Assembly (NCBI GenBank): GCA_030390025.1
Contig: CM059432.1
Location: 142,974,001 to 143,038,000, forward strand
Source of the DNA: Squalus acanthias
Taxonomy: Eukaryota
Direction: 5' to 3'
Length of the DNA: 64,000 nucleotides
In this document: positions 15,001 through 30,000 of the stretch, piece by piece
Position numbering within the stretch: position 1 is the stretch's first letter
Layout: the number at the start of each line of letters is the position of its first letter
The notes under the pieces: model-generated
The model's database searches: none
Told to the model about the DNA's origin: nothing
Seen by the model: only the letters and a program-made list of their open reading frames with translations
Position numbers and translations under genes: made by a program

Positions 15001-18000
15001 TATTCTAATCCTGATGTGTACACACAGTTCCAGATTATTCTAATCCTGATCTGTACACACAGTTCTAGATTATTTCAGTACTGATATGTACACACAGTTC
15101 AACATTATTCTAGTCCTGATCTGTACACACAGTTCCAGATTATTCTAGTTCTGATCTCTACACACAGTTCCAGAATATTCTAGTCCTGATCTGTACACAC
15201 AGTTCCAGATTATTCTAGTCCTGATCTGTACACACAGTTCCAGATTATTCTAGTCCTGATCTGTACACACAGTTCCAGATTATTCTAGTCCTGATCTGTA
15301 CACACAGTTCCAGAATATTCTAGTCCTGATCTGTACACATAGTTCCAGATTATTCTAGTTTTGATCATTACACACAGTTCCAGATTATTCTAGTCCTGAT
15401 CTGTACACACAGTTCCAGATTATTCTAGTCCTGATCTGCATACACAGTTCCAGATTAATCTAGCACTGACTTTGCACACAGTTCCAGATGATTCTAGTCC
15501 TGATCTGTACACACAGTTCCAGATTATTCTAGTCCTGATTTGTACACACAGTTCCAGATTATTCTAGTCCTGATCTGTACACACAGTTCCAGAATATTCT
15601 AGTCCTGATCTGAACACACAGTTCCAGATTATTCTAGTCAGATCTTACACACAGTTCCAGATTATTCTAGTCCTGATCTGTACACAGTTCCAGATTATTC
15701 TAGTCCTGATCTGTACACACAGTTCCAGAATATTCTAGTCCTGATCTGTACACACAGTTCCAGATTATTCTAGTCCTGATCTGTACACACAGTTCCAGAT
15801 TATTCTAGTCCTGATCTGTACACACAGTTCCAGATTATACTAGTCCTGATCTGTACACACAGTTTCCAGATTATTCTAGTCCTGATCTGAACACACAGTT
15901 CCAGATTATTCTTGTCCTGATCTGTACACACTGTTCCAGATTATTCTAGTCCTGATCTGTATAAACAGTTCAGATTATTCTAGTCCTGATTGTACACCCA
16001 GTTCCGATTATTTCTAGTCCTGATCTGTACACACAGTTCCAGATATTCTTGTTTGATCATTACACACAGTTCTAGATTAGTCTAGTCTTGACTGCTACAC
16101 AGTTCAGATTATTCTAGTCCTGATCTGTACATACAGTTCCAGATTATTCAAGTCTGATCTGTACACACAGTTCCAGATTATTCTAGTCCTGATCTGAACA
16201 CACAGTTCCAGATTATTCTAGTCCTGATCTGAACACACAGTTCCAGATTATTCTAGTCCTGATCTGAACACACAGTTCAAGATTATTCTAGTCCTGATGT
16301 GTACTCCCAGATCCAGATTATTCTCGTCCTGATCTGTACATACAGTTCCAGTTTATTCTAGTCTGATCTGTACACACAGTTCCAGATTATTCTAGTCCTG
16401 ATCTGTACACACAGTTCCAGATTATTCTAGTTCTGATCTCTATACACAGTTCCAGAATATTCTAGTCCTGATCTGAACACACAGTTCAAGATTATTCTAG
16501 TCCTGATGTGTACTCCCAGATCCAGATTATTCTCATCCTGATCTGTACACACAGTTCCAGATTATTCTAGTCCTGATCTGAACACACAGTTCCAGATTAT
16601 TCTAGTCCTGATCTGTACACACAGTTCCAGATTATTCTAGTCCTGATCTGTCACACACAGTTCCAGATTATTCTAGCACTGACCTTTGCACACAGTTCCA
16701 GATAATTCTAGTCCTGATCTGTACACACAGTTCCAGGTTATTCTAGTCCTGATCTATACACACATTTCCAGATTATTCTCGTCCTGATCTGTACACACAG
16801 TTCCAGAATATTCTACTCCTGATCTGAACACACAGTTCCAGATTATTCTAGTCCTGATCTGAACACACAGTTCCAGATTATTCTAGTCCTGATGTGTACA
16901 CACAGTTCCAGATTATTCTAGTTGTGATCTCTATATACTGTTCCAGGTTTTTCTACTCCTGATCTGTACACACAGTTCCAGATTATTCTAGTTCTGATCT
17001 CTATACACAGTTCCAGAATATTCTAGTCCTGATTAGAGCGCACAGTTCCAGATTATTCTAGTCCTGATCTGTACACACAGTTCCAGATTATTCTAGTCCT
17101 GATCTGTACACACATGACTAGTTTACTCTAGTTCTGATCTCTATAAACAGTTCCAGCATATTCTAGCCCTGATCTGAGCACACAGTTCCAGATTATTCTA
17201 GTCCTGATGTGTACGCACAGTTCCAGATTATTCTACTCCTAAGATGTACATGCAGTTCCAGTTTATTCTCATCCTGATATAACACACAGTTCAAGATTAA
17301 TCCAGTCCTGATCTGTACACACGCTCCAGATTATTCTAGTCATGATCTGTACACACGTTTCCATAATATTCTAGTCCTGATCTGTACACACAGTTCCAGA
17401 TTATTCTAGTCCTGATCTGTACACATAGTTCCAGAATATTCTAGTCCTGATCTGTACACACAGTTCCAGATAATTATTGTTTTGATCATTACACACAGTT
17501 CTAGATTACTCTAATCCTGACCTGTACACACAGTTCCAGATTATTCTAGTCGTGATCTGTACAAACAGTTCCAGATTATTCTAGCACTGACCTTTGCACA
17601 CAGTTCCAGATAATTCTATTCCTGATCTGTACACACAGTTCCAGCTTATTCTAGTCCTGATCTGTACACAAAGTTGAAGATTATTCTAATTCGGATCTCT
17701 ACACACAGTTCCAGAATATTCTAGTCCTGCTCTGTACACCCAGTTCCAGATTATTCTAGTTCTGATCTCTATACACAGTTCCAGAATATTCTACTCCTGA
17801 TTAGAGCACACAGTTTCAGATTATTCTAGTCCTGATCTGTACACACAGTTCCAGATTATTCTAGTCCTGAACTGTACACACTGTTCCAGATTATACTAGT
17901 CCTGATCTGTACAACCAGTTCCAGAATATTCTAGTCCTGCTCTGTACACCCAGTTCCAGATTATTCTAGTTCTGATCTCTATATACAGTTCCAGAATATT

Positions 18001-21000
18001 CTACTCCTGATTAGAGCACACAGATTCAGATTATTCGAGTCCTGATCTGTACACATAGTTCCAGATTATTCTTGTTTTGATCGTGACACACAGTTCTAGA
18101 TTATTCTGGTACTTGACTGCATACAAAGTGCCAGATTATTCTAGTCCTGATCTGCACACACCGTTCCAAATTATTCTAAGCCTGATGTGTACTCACAGTT
18201 CCAGATTATTCTAATCCTGATCTGTACACACAGTTCTAGATTATTTCAGTACTGATCTGTACACACAGTTCAACATTATTCTAGTCCTGATCTGTACACA
18301 CAGTTCCAGATTATTATAGTTCTGATCTCTACACACAGTTCCAGAATATTCTAGCCCTGATCCGTACACACAGTTCCAGATAATTCTAGTCCTGATCTGT
18401 ACACGCAGTTCCAGATTATTCTAGTCCTGATCTGTACACGCCGTTCCAGATTATTCTAGTCCTGATCTGTAGAAACAGTTCCAGAATATTCTACTCCTAA
18501 TCTTACACATAGATCCAGATAATTCTTGTTTTGATCATTACACACAGTTCCAGATTATTCTAGCACTGATCTTTGCACACAGTTCCAGATAATTCTATTC
18601 CTGATCTGTACACACAGTTCCAGATTATTCTAGTCCTGAACTTTACACAAAGTTGAAGATTATTTTAGTCCTGATCTGTACACACAGTTCCAGAATATTC
18701 TAGTCCTGATCTGTACACACAGTTCCAGATTATTCTTGTTCGGATCTCTACACACAGTTCCAGAATATTCTAATTCTGATCTGTACACATAGTTCCAGAA
18801 TATTCTTGTTTTTATCCTTGCACACTGTTTGAGATTATTCTATTCCTGATCTGTACATTCAGTGCCAGATTATTCTAGTCCTGATCTATACACACAGTTG
18901 CAGATTATTCTCGTCCTGATCTGTACACACAGTTCCAGAATATTCTACTCCTGATCTGAACACACAGTTCCAGATTATTCTCGTCCAGATCTGAACACTC
19001 AGTTCCAGATTATTCTAGCCCTGATGTGTACAAACAGTTCCCGATTAAACTAGTTCTGATCTCTATACACTGTTCCAGGTTATTCTAGTCCTGATCTGTA
19101 CACACAGTTCCAGATTATTCTAGTTCTGATCTCTACACACATTTCCAGAATATTCTAGTCCTGATCTGTACACATACTTCCAGATTATTCTTGTTTTGGT
19201 CATTACACACAGTTCTAGGTTATTCTAGTCCTGATCTGTCCAAGCATTTCTTGATTATTCTAACACTGATTTGTTCACACATTTCCGGTTTATTCTAGTC
19301 CTGATTTTTACATACAGTACCAGGTTATTCTAGTTTTGATCTCTACACACAGTTGCACAATATTCTAGTCCTGATCTGTACACACTGTTCCAGATTATTC
19401 TAGTCCTGATATGTACATACAATTCCAGATTATTCTAGTCCTGATCTGTACACAAAGTTGAACATTATTATACTCCTGATCTGTACACAGAGTTCCAGAT
19501 TATTCTAGTCCTGATCTGCATACAGAGTTCCAGATTATTCTACTCGTGATCTGTACACACAGTTCCAGATTATTCTAGCACTGATCTTTGCACACAGTTC
19601 CAGATAATTCTATTCCTGATCTGTACACACAGTTCCAGATTATTCTAGTCCTGATCTGTACACAAAGTTGAAGATTATTTTAGTCCTGATCTGTACACAC
19701 AGTTCCAGAATATTCTAGTCCTGATCTGTACACACAGTTCCAGATTATTCTAGTTCTGATCTCTACACACAGTTCCAGAATATTCTAGTTCTGATCTGTA
19801 CACATAGTTCCAGATTATTCTTGTTTTGATCCTTGCACACAGTTTGAGATTATTCTAGTCCTGATCTGTACATTCAGTTCCAGATTATTCTAGTCCTGAT
19901 CTATACACACAGTTCCAGATTATTCTCGTCCTGATCTGTACACACAGTTCCAGAATATTCTACTCCTGATCTGAACACACAGTTCCAGATTATTCTAGTC
20001 CTGATCTGAACACACAGTTCCAGATTATTCTAGTCCTGATGTGTACACACAGTTCCAGATTATTCTAGTTCTGATCTCTATATACAGTTCCAGGTTATTC
20101 TAGTCCTGATCTGTACACACAGTTCCAGATTATTCTAGTTCTGATCTCTATACACAGTTCCAGAATATTCTAGTCCTGATTAGAGCACACAGTTCCAGAT
20201 TATTCTAGTCCTGATCTGTACACACAGTTCCAGATTATTCTAGTCCTGATCTGTACAAACTGTTCCAGATTATTCTAGTCCTGATCTGTACAAACAGTTC
20301 CAGACTATTCTAGTTCTGATCTCTACCCAGAGTTCCAGAATATTCTAGTCCTGATCTGTACACATAGTTCCAGATTATTCTTGTTTTGATCATTACACAC
20401 AGTTATAGATTATTCTGGTACTGGACTGCATACAAAGTGCCAGATTATTCTAGTCCTGATCTGCACACACTGTTCCAAATTATTCTAATCCTGATGTGTA
20501 CACACAGTTCCAGATTATTCTAATCCTGATCTGTACACACAGTTCTAGATTATTTCAGTACTGATATGTACACACAGTTCAACATTATTCTAGTCCTGAT
20601 CTGTACACACAGTTCCAGATTATTATAGTTCTGATCTCTACACACAGTTCCAGAATATTCTAGTCCTGATCCGTACACACAGTTCCAGATAATTCTAGTC
20701 CTGATCTGTACACACAGTTCCACATTATTCTAGTCCTGATCTGTACACGCCATTCCAGATTATTCTAGTCCTGATCTGTACACACAGTTCCAGAATATTC
20801 TAGTCCTGATCTGTACACATAGATCCAGATAATTCTTGTTTTGATCATTACGCACAGTTCTAGATTATTCTAATCCTGATCTGTACACACAGTTCCAGAT
20901 TATTCTCATCCTGATCTGCATAAATAGTGCCAGATTATTCTAGCACTGACATTTGAACACAGTTCCAGATAATTCTAGTCCTGCTCTGTACACACAGTTC

Positions 21001-24000
21001 CTGAATATTCTAGTCCTGTTGTGTACACACAGTTCCAGATTATTCTAGCCTTGATCTGTACACACAGTTCCAGTTTATTCTACTCCTGATCTATACATGC
21101 AGTTCCAGTTTATTCTGATCAAGATATAACACACAGTTCCAGATTATTCCATTCGTGATCTGTACACATTGTTCCAGATTATTCTAGTCCTGATCTGTAC
21201 ACACGTTTCCAGAATATTCTAGTCCTGGTCTGTACAAACAGTTCCAGATTATTCTAGTCCTGACCTGTACACACATTTCCAGAATATTTGTGTCCTGATC
21301 TGTACACACAGTTCCAGATAATACTAGTCCTGATCTGTACACACAGTTCCAGATTATTCTAGTCCTGATCTGAACACACTGTTCCAGATTATTCTTGTCC
21401 TGATCTGTACACACTGTTCCAGATTATTCTAGTCCTGATCTGTACAAACAGTTCCAGACTATTCTAGTTCTGATTTAGACCCGCAGTTCCAGAATATTCT
21501 AGTCCTGATCTGTACACATAGTTCCAGATTATTCTTGTTTTGATCATTACACACAGTTCTAGATTATTCTGGTACTGGACTGCATATAAAGTGCCAGATT
21601 ATTCTAGTCCTGATCTGTACACACCATTCCAGATTATTCTAATCCTGATGTGTACACACAGTTCCAGATTATTCTAATCCAGATCTGTAGACACTGTTCC
21701 ATATTATTTTAGTCCTGCTCTATACACATAGTTCAACATTATTCTAGTCCTGATCTGTACAAACAGTTCCAGATTATTCTAGTCCTGATCTGCACACACC
21801 GTTCCAAATTATTCTAAGCCTGATGTGTACTCACAGTTCCAGATTATTCTAATCCTGATCTGTACACACAGTTCTAGATTATTTCAGTACTGATCTGTAC
21901 ACACAGTTCAACATTATTCTAGTCCTGATCTGTACACACAGTTCCAGATTATTATAGTTCTGATCTCTACACACAGTTCCAGAATATTCTAGCCCTGATC
22001 CATACACACAGTTCCAGATAATTCTAGTCCTGATCTGTACACGCAGTTCCAGATTATTCTAGTCCTGATCTGTACACGCCGTTCCAGATTATTCTAGTCC
22101 TGATCTGTAGAAACAGTTCCAGAATATTCTAGTCCTAATCTTACACATAGATCCAGATAATTCTTGTTTTGATCATTACACACAGTTCCAGATTATTCTA
22201 GCACTGATCTTTGCACACAGTTCCAGATAATTCTATTCCTGATCTGTACACACAGTTCCAGATTATTCTAGTCCTGAACTTTACACAAAGTTGAAGATTA
22301 TTTTAGTCCTGATCTGTACACACAGTTCCAGAATATTCTAGTCCTGATCTGTACACACAGTTCCAGATTATTCTTGTTCGGATCTCTACACACAGTTCCA
22401 GAATATTCTAATTCTGATCTGTACACATAGTTCCAGAATATTCTTGTTTTTATCCTTGCACACTGTTTGAGATTATTCTATTCCTGATCTGTACATTCAG
22501 TGCCAGATTATTCTAGTCCTGATCTATACACACAGTTGCAGATTATTCTCGTCCTGATCTGTACACACAGTTCCAGAATATTCTACTCCTGATCTGAACA
22601 CACAGTTCCAGATTATTCTCGTCCTGATCTGAACACTCAGTTCCAGATTATTCTAGCCTGATGTGTACAAACAGTTCCAGATTAATCTAGTTCTGATCTG
22701 TTACACACAGTTCCAGGATTATTCTAGTCCTGATCTGTACACACAGTTCCAGATTATTCTAGTTCTGATCTCTACACACATTTCCAGAATATTCTAGTCT
22801 GATCTGTACACATAGTTCCAGATTATTCTTGTTTTGATCATTACACACAGTTCTAGGTTATTCTAGTCCTGATCTGTACAAGCATTTCTAGATTATTCTA
22901 ACACTGATTTGTTCACACATTTCCAGTTTATTCTAGTCCTGATTTTTACACACAGTACCAGGTTATTCTAGTTTGATCTCTACACACAGTTGCACAATAT
23001 TCTAGTCCTGATCTGTACACACTGTTCCAGATTATTCTAGTCCTGATATGTACATACAATTCCAGATTATTCTAGTCCTGATCTGTACACAAAGTTGAAC
23101 ATTATTATACTCCTGATCTGTACACAGAGTTCCAGATTATTCTAGTCCTGATCTGCATACAGAGTTCCAGATTATTCTACTCGTGATCTGTACACACAGT
23201 TCCAGATTATTCTAGCACTGATCTTTGCACACAGTTCCAGATAATTCTATTCCTGATCTGTACACACAGTTCCAGATTATTCTAGTCCTGAACTTTACAC
23301 AAAGTTGAAGATTATTTTAGTCCTGATCTGTACACACAGTTCCAGAATATTCTAGTCCTGATCTGTACACACAGTTCCAGATTATTCTTGTTCGGATCTC
23401 TACACACAGTTCCAGAATATTCTAATTCTGATCTGTACACATAGTTCCAGAATATTCTTGTTTTTATCCTTGCACACTGTTTGAGATTATTCTATTCCTG
23501 ATCTGTACATTCAGTGCCAGATTATTCTAGTCCTGATCTATACACACAGTTTTAGATTATTATAGTTCTGATCTATACACACAGTTCCAGAATATTCTAC
23601 TCCTGATCTGAACACACAGTTCCAGATTATTCTAGTCCAGATCTGAACACACAGTTCCAGATTATTCTTGCCCTGATGTGTACAAACAGTTCCCGATTAT
23701 TCTAGTTCTGATCTCTATATACTGTTCCAGGTTATTCTAGTCCTGATCTGTACACCCAGTTCCAGATTATTCTAGTTCTGATCTCTATACACAGTTCCAG
23801 AATATTCTAGTCCTGATTAGAGCACACAGTTCCAGATTATTCTAGTCCTGATCTGTACACACAGTTCCAGATTATTCTAGTCCTGATCTGTACAAACTGT
23901 TCCAGATTATTCTAGTCCTGATCTGTACAAACAGTTCCAGACTATTCTAGTTCTGATCTCTACCCATAGTTCCAGAATATTCTAGTCCTGATCTGTACAC

Positions 24001-27000
24001 ATAGTTCCAGATTATTCTTGTTTTGATCATTACACACAGTTATAGATTATTCTGGTACTGGACTGCATACAAAGTGCCAGATTATTCTAGTCCTGATCTG
24101 CACACACCGTTCCAAATTATTCTAATCCTGATGTGTACACACAGTTCCAGATTATTCTAATCCTGATCTGTACACACAGTTCTAGATTATTTCAGTACTG
24201 ATATGTACACACAGTTCAACATTATTCTAGTCCTGATCTGTACACACAGTTCCAGATTATTATAGTTCTGATCTCTACACACAGTTCCAGAATATTCTAG
24301 TCCTGATCCGTACACACAGTTCCAGATAATTCTAGTCCTGATCTGTACACACAGTTCCACATTATTCTAGTCCTGATCTGTACACGCCATTCCAGATTAT
24401 TCTAGTCCTGATCTGTACACACAGTTCCAGAATATTCTAGTCCTGATCTGTACACATAGATCCAGATAATTCTTGTTTTGATCATTACGCACAGTTCTAG
24501 ATTATTCTAATCCTGATCTGTACACACAGTTCCAGATTATTCTCATCCTGATCTGCATAAATAGTGCCAGATTATTCTAGCACTGACATTTGAACACAGT
24601 TCCAGATAATTCTAGTCCTGCTCTGTACACACAGTTCCTGAATATTCTAGTCCTGTTGTGTACACACAGTTCCAGATTATTCTAGTCCTGATCTGTACAC
24701 ACAGTTCCAGATTATTCTACTCCTGATCTGATACACACAGTTCCAGTTTATTCTGTTCAGATATAACACACAGTTCCAGATTATTCTAGTCCTGATCTGT
24801 ACACATTGTTCCAGATTATTCTAGTCCTGATCTGTACACACAATTCCAGATTATTCTAGTCCTGATCTGTACAAACAGTTCCAGATTATTCTAGTCCTGA
24901 TCTGTACACACATTTCCAGATTATTGTAGTCCTGATCTGTACACACAGTTCCAGATTATTCTAGTCCTGATCTGTACACACAGTTCCAGATTATTCTAGT
25001 CCTGATCTGAACACACTGTTCCAGATTATTCTTGTCCTGATCTGTACACACTGTTCCAGATTATTCTAGTCCTGATCTGTACAAACAGTTCCAGATTATT
25101 CTAGTTCTGATCTGTACACACAGTTCCAGAATATTCTAGTCCTGATCTGTACACATAGTTCCAGATTATTCTTGTTTTGATCATTACACACAGTTCTAGA
25201 TTATTCTGGTACTGGACTGCATATAAAGTGCCAGATTATTCTAGTCCTGATCTGTACACACCATTCCAGATTATTCTAATCCTGATGTGTACACACAGTT
25301 CCAGATTATTCTAATCCAGATCTGTAGACACTGTTCCATATTATTTTAGTCCTGCTCTATACACATAGTTCAACATTATTCTAGTCCTGATCTGTACAAA
25401 CAGTTCCAGATTATTATAGTTCTGATCTCGACACACAGTTCCAGATAATTCTAGTCCTGATCTGTACATGCAGTTCCAGATTATTCTAGTCCAGATCTAT
25501 ACACACTGTTCCAGATTATTCTATTCCTGATCTGTACACACAGTTCCAGATTATTCTAGACCTGATTTTTACAAACAGTACCAGGTTATTCTAGTTTTGA
25601 TCTCTACACACAGTTCCACAATATTCTTGTCCTGATATGTATGCACAGTTCCAGTTTATTCTTGTTTTTATTGGTACACACTATTCTAGCTTATTCCAGT
25701 CCTGATCTGTACACAGAGTGCCAGATTAATCTAGCCCTGATCTGACTACAGAGTTCCAGATTATTCTAGTCGTGATCTATACACACAGTTCCAGATTATT
25801 CTAGCACTGACCTTTGCACACAGTTCCATATAATTCTAGTCCTGATCTGTACACACAGTTCCAGATTATTCTAGTCCTGATCTGTACACACAGTTCCAGA
25901 TTATTCTAGTCCTGATCTGTACACACAGTTCCAGATTTTTCTAGTCATGAACTGTACACCCAGTCCAAGTTTATTCCAGTCCTGATCTGTACACAAAGTT
26001 GAAGATTATTTTAGTCCTGATATGTACACACAGTTCCAGAATATTCTAGTCCTGATCTGTACACACAGTTCCAGATTATTCTAATTCGGATCTCTACACA
26101 CAGTTCCAGAATATTCTAGTTCTGATCTGTACACATAGTTCCAGATTATTCTTGTTTTGATCATTGCACACAGTTCCAGATTATTCTAGTCCTGATCTGT
26201 ACACACAGTTCCAGAATATTCTAGTCCTGATCTGTACACACAGTTCCAGATAATTCTAGTCCTGATCTGTACACAAAGTTCCAGATTATTCTAGTCTGAT
26301 CTTAACACACTGTTCCAGATTATTCAATCCTGATCTTGTACACACAGTTCCAGATTATTCTAGTCCTGATCTGTACACACAGTTCCAGATTATTCTAGTC
26401 CTGATCTGTACACACAGTTCCAGATTATTCTAGTTCTGATCTCTATACACAGTTCCAGAATATTCTAGTCCTGATCTGAACACACAGTTCCAGATTATTC
26501 TAGTCCTGATCTGTACATACAGTTCCAGATTATTCTAGTCCTGATCTATAACACACAGTTCCAGATTATTCTAGTCCTGATCTAGTACACACAGTTCCAG
26601 ATTATTCTAGTCCTGATCTGTACACACAGTTCCAGAATATTCTAGTCCTGATCTGTACACACAGTTCCAGATTATTCTAGTCCTGATCTGTACACACGTT
26701 TCCATAATATTCTAGTCCTGATCTGTACACACAGTTCCAGATTATTCTAGTCCTGATCTGTACACACAGTTCCAGAATATTCTAGTCCTGATCTGTACAC
26801 ACAGTTCCAGATTTTTCTAGTCCTGATCTGTACACACAGTTCCAGAATATTCTAGTCCTGATCTGTACACACAGTTCCAGATTATTCTAGTCCTGATCTG
26901 TACACACAGTTCCAGAATATTCTAGTCCTGACCTGTACACACAGTTCCAGATTATTCTAGTCCTCATCTGTACACACGTTTCCAGAATATTCTAGTCCTG

Positions 27001-30000
27001 ATCTGTACAAACAGTTCCAGACTATTCTAGTTCTGATTTCTACCCACAGTTCCAGAATATTCGTGTCCTGATCTGTACACATAGTTCCAGATTATTCTTG
27101 TTTTGATCATTACACACAGTTATAGATTATTCTGGTACTGGACTGCATACAAATGCCATATTATTGTAGTCCTGATCTGCACACACCGTTCCAAATTATT
27201 CTAATCCTGATGTGTACCCACAGTTCCAGATTATTCTAATCCTGATCTGTACTCACAGTTCTAGATTATTTCAGTACTGATATGTACACACAGTTCAACA
27301 TTATTCTAGTCCTGATCTGTACACACAGTTCCAGATTATTATAGTTCTGATCTCTACACACAGTTCCAGAATATTCTAGTCCTGACCTGTACACACAGTT
27401 CCAGATAATTCTAGTCCTGATCTGTACACGCAGTTCCAGATTATTCTAGTCCTGATCTGTACACACAGTTCAAGATTATTCTAGTTCTGATCTGTACACG
27501 CAGTTCCAGATTATTCTAGTCCTGATCTGTACACACAGTTCCAAATTATTCTAGTCCTGATCTGTACACACGTTTCCAGAATATTCTAGTCCTGATCTGC
27601 ACAAACAGTTCCAGACTATTCTAGTTCTGATCTCTACCCACAGTTCCAGAATATCCGAGTCCTGATCTGTACACATAGTTCCAGATTATTCTAGTCCTGA
27701 TCTGTACTCACAGTTCCAGATAATTATGGTTTTGATCATTACACACAATTCTAGATTACTCTAATCCTGAGCTGTACACACAGTGCCAGATTATTCTAGC
27801 ACTGACCTTTGAACACAGTTCCAGATAATTCTGGACCTGACCTGTACACACAGTTCCAGATTATTCTAGTCCTCATCTGTATACACAGTTCCAGGTTATA
27901 CTAGTCCTGATCTGTACACACAGTTCCAGATTATTCTACTCCTGATCTGAACACACAGTTCCAGATTATTCTAGTCCTGACCTGTACACACATTTCCAGA
28001 TTATTCTAGTCTTGATGTGTACACACAGTTCCAGTTTATTCTACTCCTGATCTGTACATGCAGTTCCAGTTTATTCTGATCCTGATATAACACACAGTTC
28101 CAGATTATTCCTGTCCTGATCTTTACACACAGTTCCAGATTATTCTAATCCTGATCTGTACACACGTTTCCAGAATATTCTAGTTCTGATCTCTACCCAC
28201 AGTTCCAGAATATTCGTGTCCTGATCTGTACACATAGTTCCAGATTATTCTTGTTTTGATCATTACACACTGTTATAGATTATTCTGGTACTGGACTGCA
28301 TACAAAGTGCCATATTATTGTAGTCCTGATCTGCACACACCGTTCCAAATTATTCTAATCCTGATGTGTACACACAGTTCCAGATTATTCTAATCCTGAT
28401 CTGTACTCACAGTTCTAGATTATTTCAGTACTGATATGTACACACAGTTCAACATTATTCTAGTCCTGATCTGTACACACAGTTCCAGATTATTATAGTT
28501 CTGATCTCTACACACAGTTCCAGATTATTCTAGTCCTGATCTGTACACGCAGTTCCAGTTATTCTAGTCCTGATCTGTACACACAGTTCCAGATTATTCT
28601 AGTCCTGATCTGTACACGCCGTTCCAGATTATTCTAGTCCTGATATGTACACACAGTTCCAGAATATTCCAGTCCTGATCTGTACACATAGATCCAGATA
28701 ATTCTTGTTTTGATCATTACACAGAGTTCTAGATTATTCTAATCCTGAGCTGTACAAACAGTTCCAGATTATTCTTGTCCTGATCTGTACACATAGTTCC
28801 AGATTATTCCTGTTTTGATCATTACACACAGTACCAGGTTATTCTAGTTTTGATCTCTACACACAGTTCCACAATATTCTAGTCCTGATATGTACACATA
28901 GTTCCAGTTTATTCTTGTTTTGATCGGTACACACTATTCTAGATTATTCCAGTCCTGATCTGTACACCCAGTTCAGTTTATTCTACTCCTGATCTGCATA
29001 CAGAGTTCCAGATTATTCTAGTCGTGATCTGTACATGCAGTTCCAGATTATTCTAGCACTGACCTTTTCACACTTCCAGATAATTCTAGCCCTGATCTGT
29101 ACACACAGTTCCAGATTATTCTAGTCCTGATCTGTACACACAGTGCCAGATTATTCTAGTCCTGATCTGTACACACATTTCCAGATTATTCTAGTCCTGA
29201 TCTGTACGTACCGTCCAAGTTTATTCTAGTCCTGATCTGTACACAAAGTTGAAGATTATTTTAGTCCTGATCTGTACACACAGTTCCAGATTATTCTTGT
29301 TCTGATCTCTACACACAGTTCCAGAATATTCTAGTTCTGATTTGTACACATAGTTACAGATTATTCTTGTTTTGATCATAACACACACTTCGAGATTATT
29401 CTAGTCCTGATCTGTACATTCAGTTCCAGATTCTTCTAGTGCTGATCAGAATACAGAGTTCCAGATTATTCTAGTCTTGATGTGTACACACAGTTCCAGT
29501 TTATTCTACTCCTGATCTATACATGCAGTTCCAGTTTATTCTGATCCTGATATAACACACAGTCCCAGATTATTCCAGTCCTGATCTGTACGCACAGTTC
29601 CAGATTATTCTAGTCCTGATCTGTACACACTGTTCCAGATTATTCTAGTCCTGATCTGTACAAACAGTTCCAGACTATTCTAGTTCTGATCTCGACCCGC
29701 AGTTCCAGAATATTCTAGTCCTGATCTGTACACATTGTTCCACATAATTATTGTTTTGATCATTACACACAGTTCCAGATTATTCTAGTCCTGAACTGTA
29801 CACACGTTTCCAGAATATTCGTGTCCTGATCTGTACACACGTTTCAAGAATATTCTAGTCCTGATCTGTACACACAGTTCCAGGTTATACTAGTTCTGAT
29901 ATGTACACACAGTTCCAGATTATTTTGTCCTGATCTGAACACACTGTTCCAGATTATTCTTGCCCTGATCTGTACACACTGTTCCAGATTATTCTAGTCC

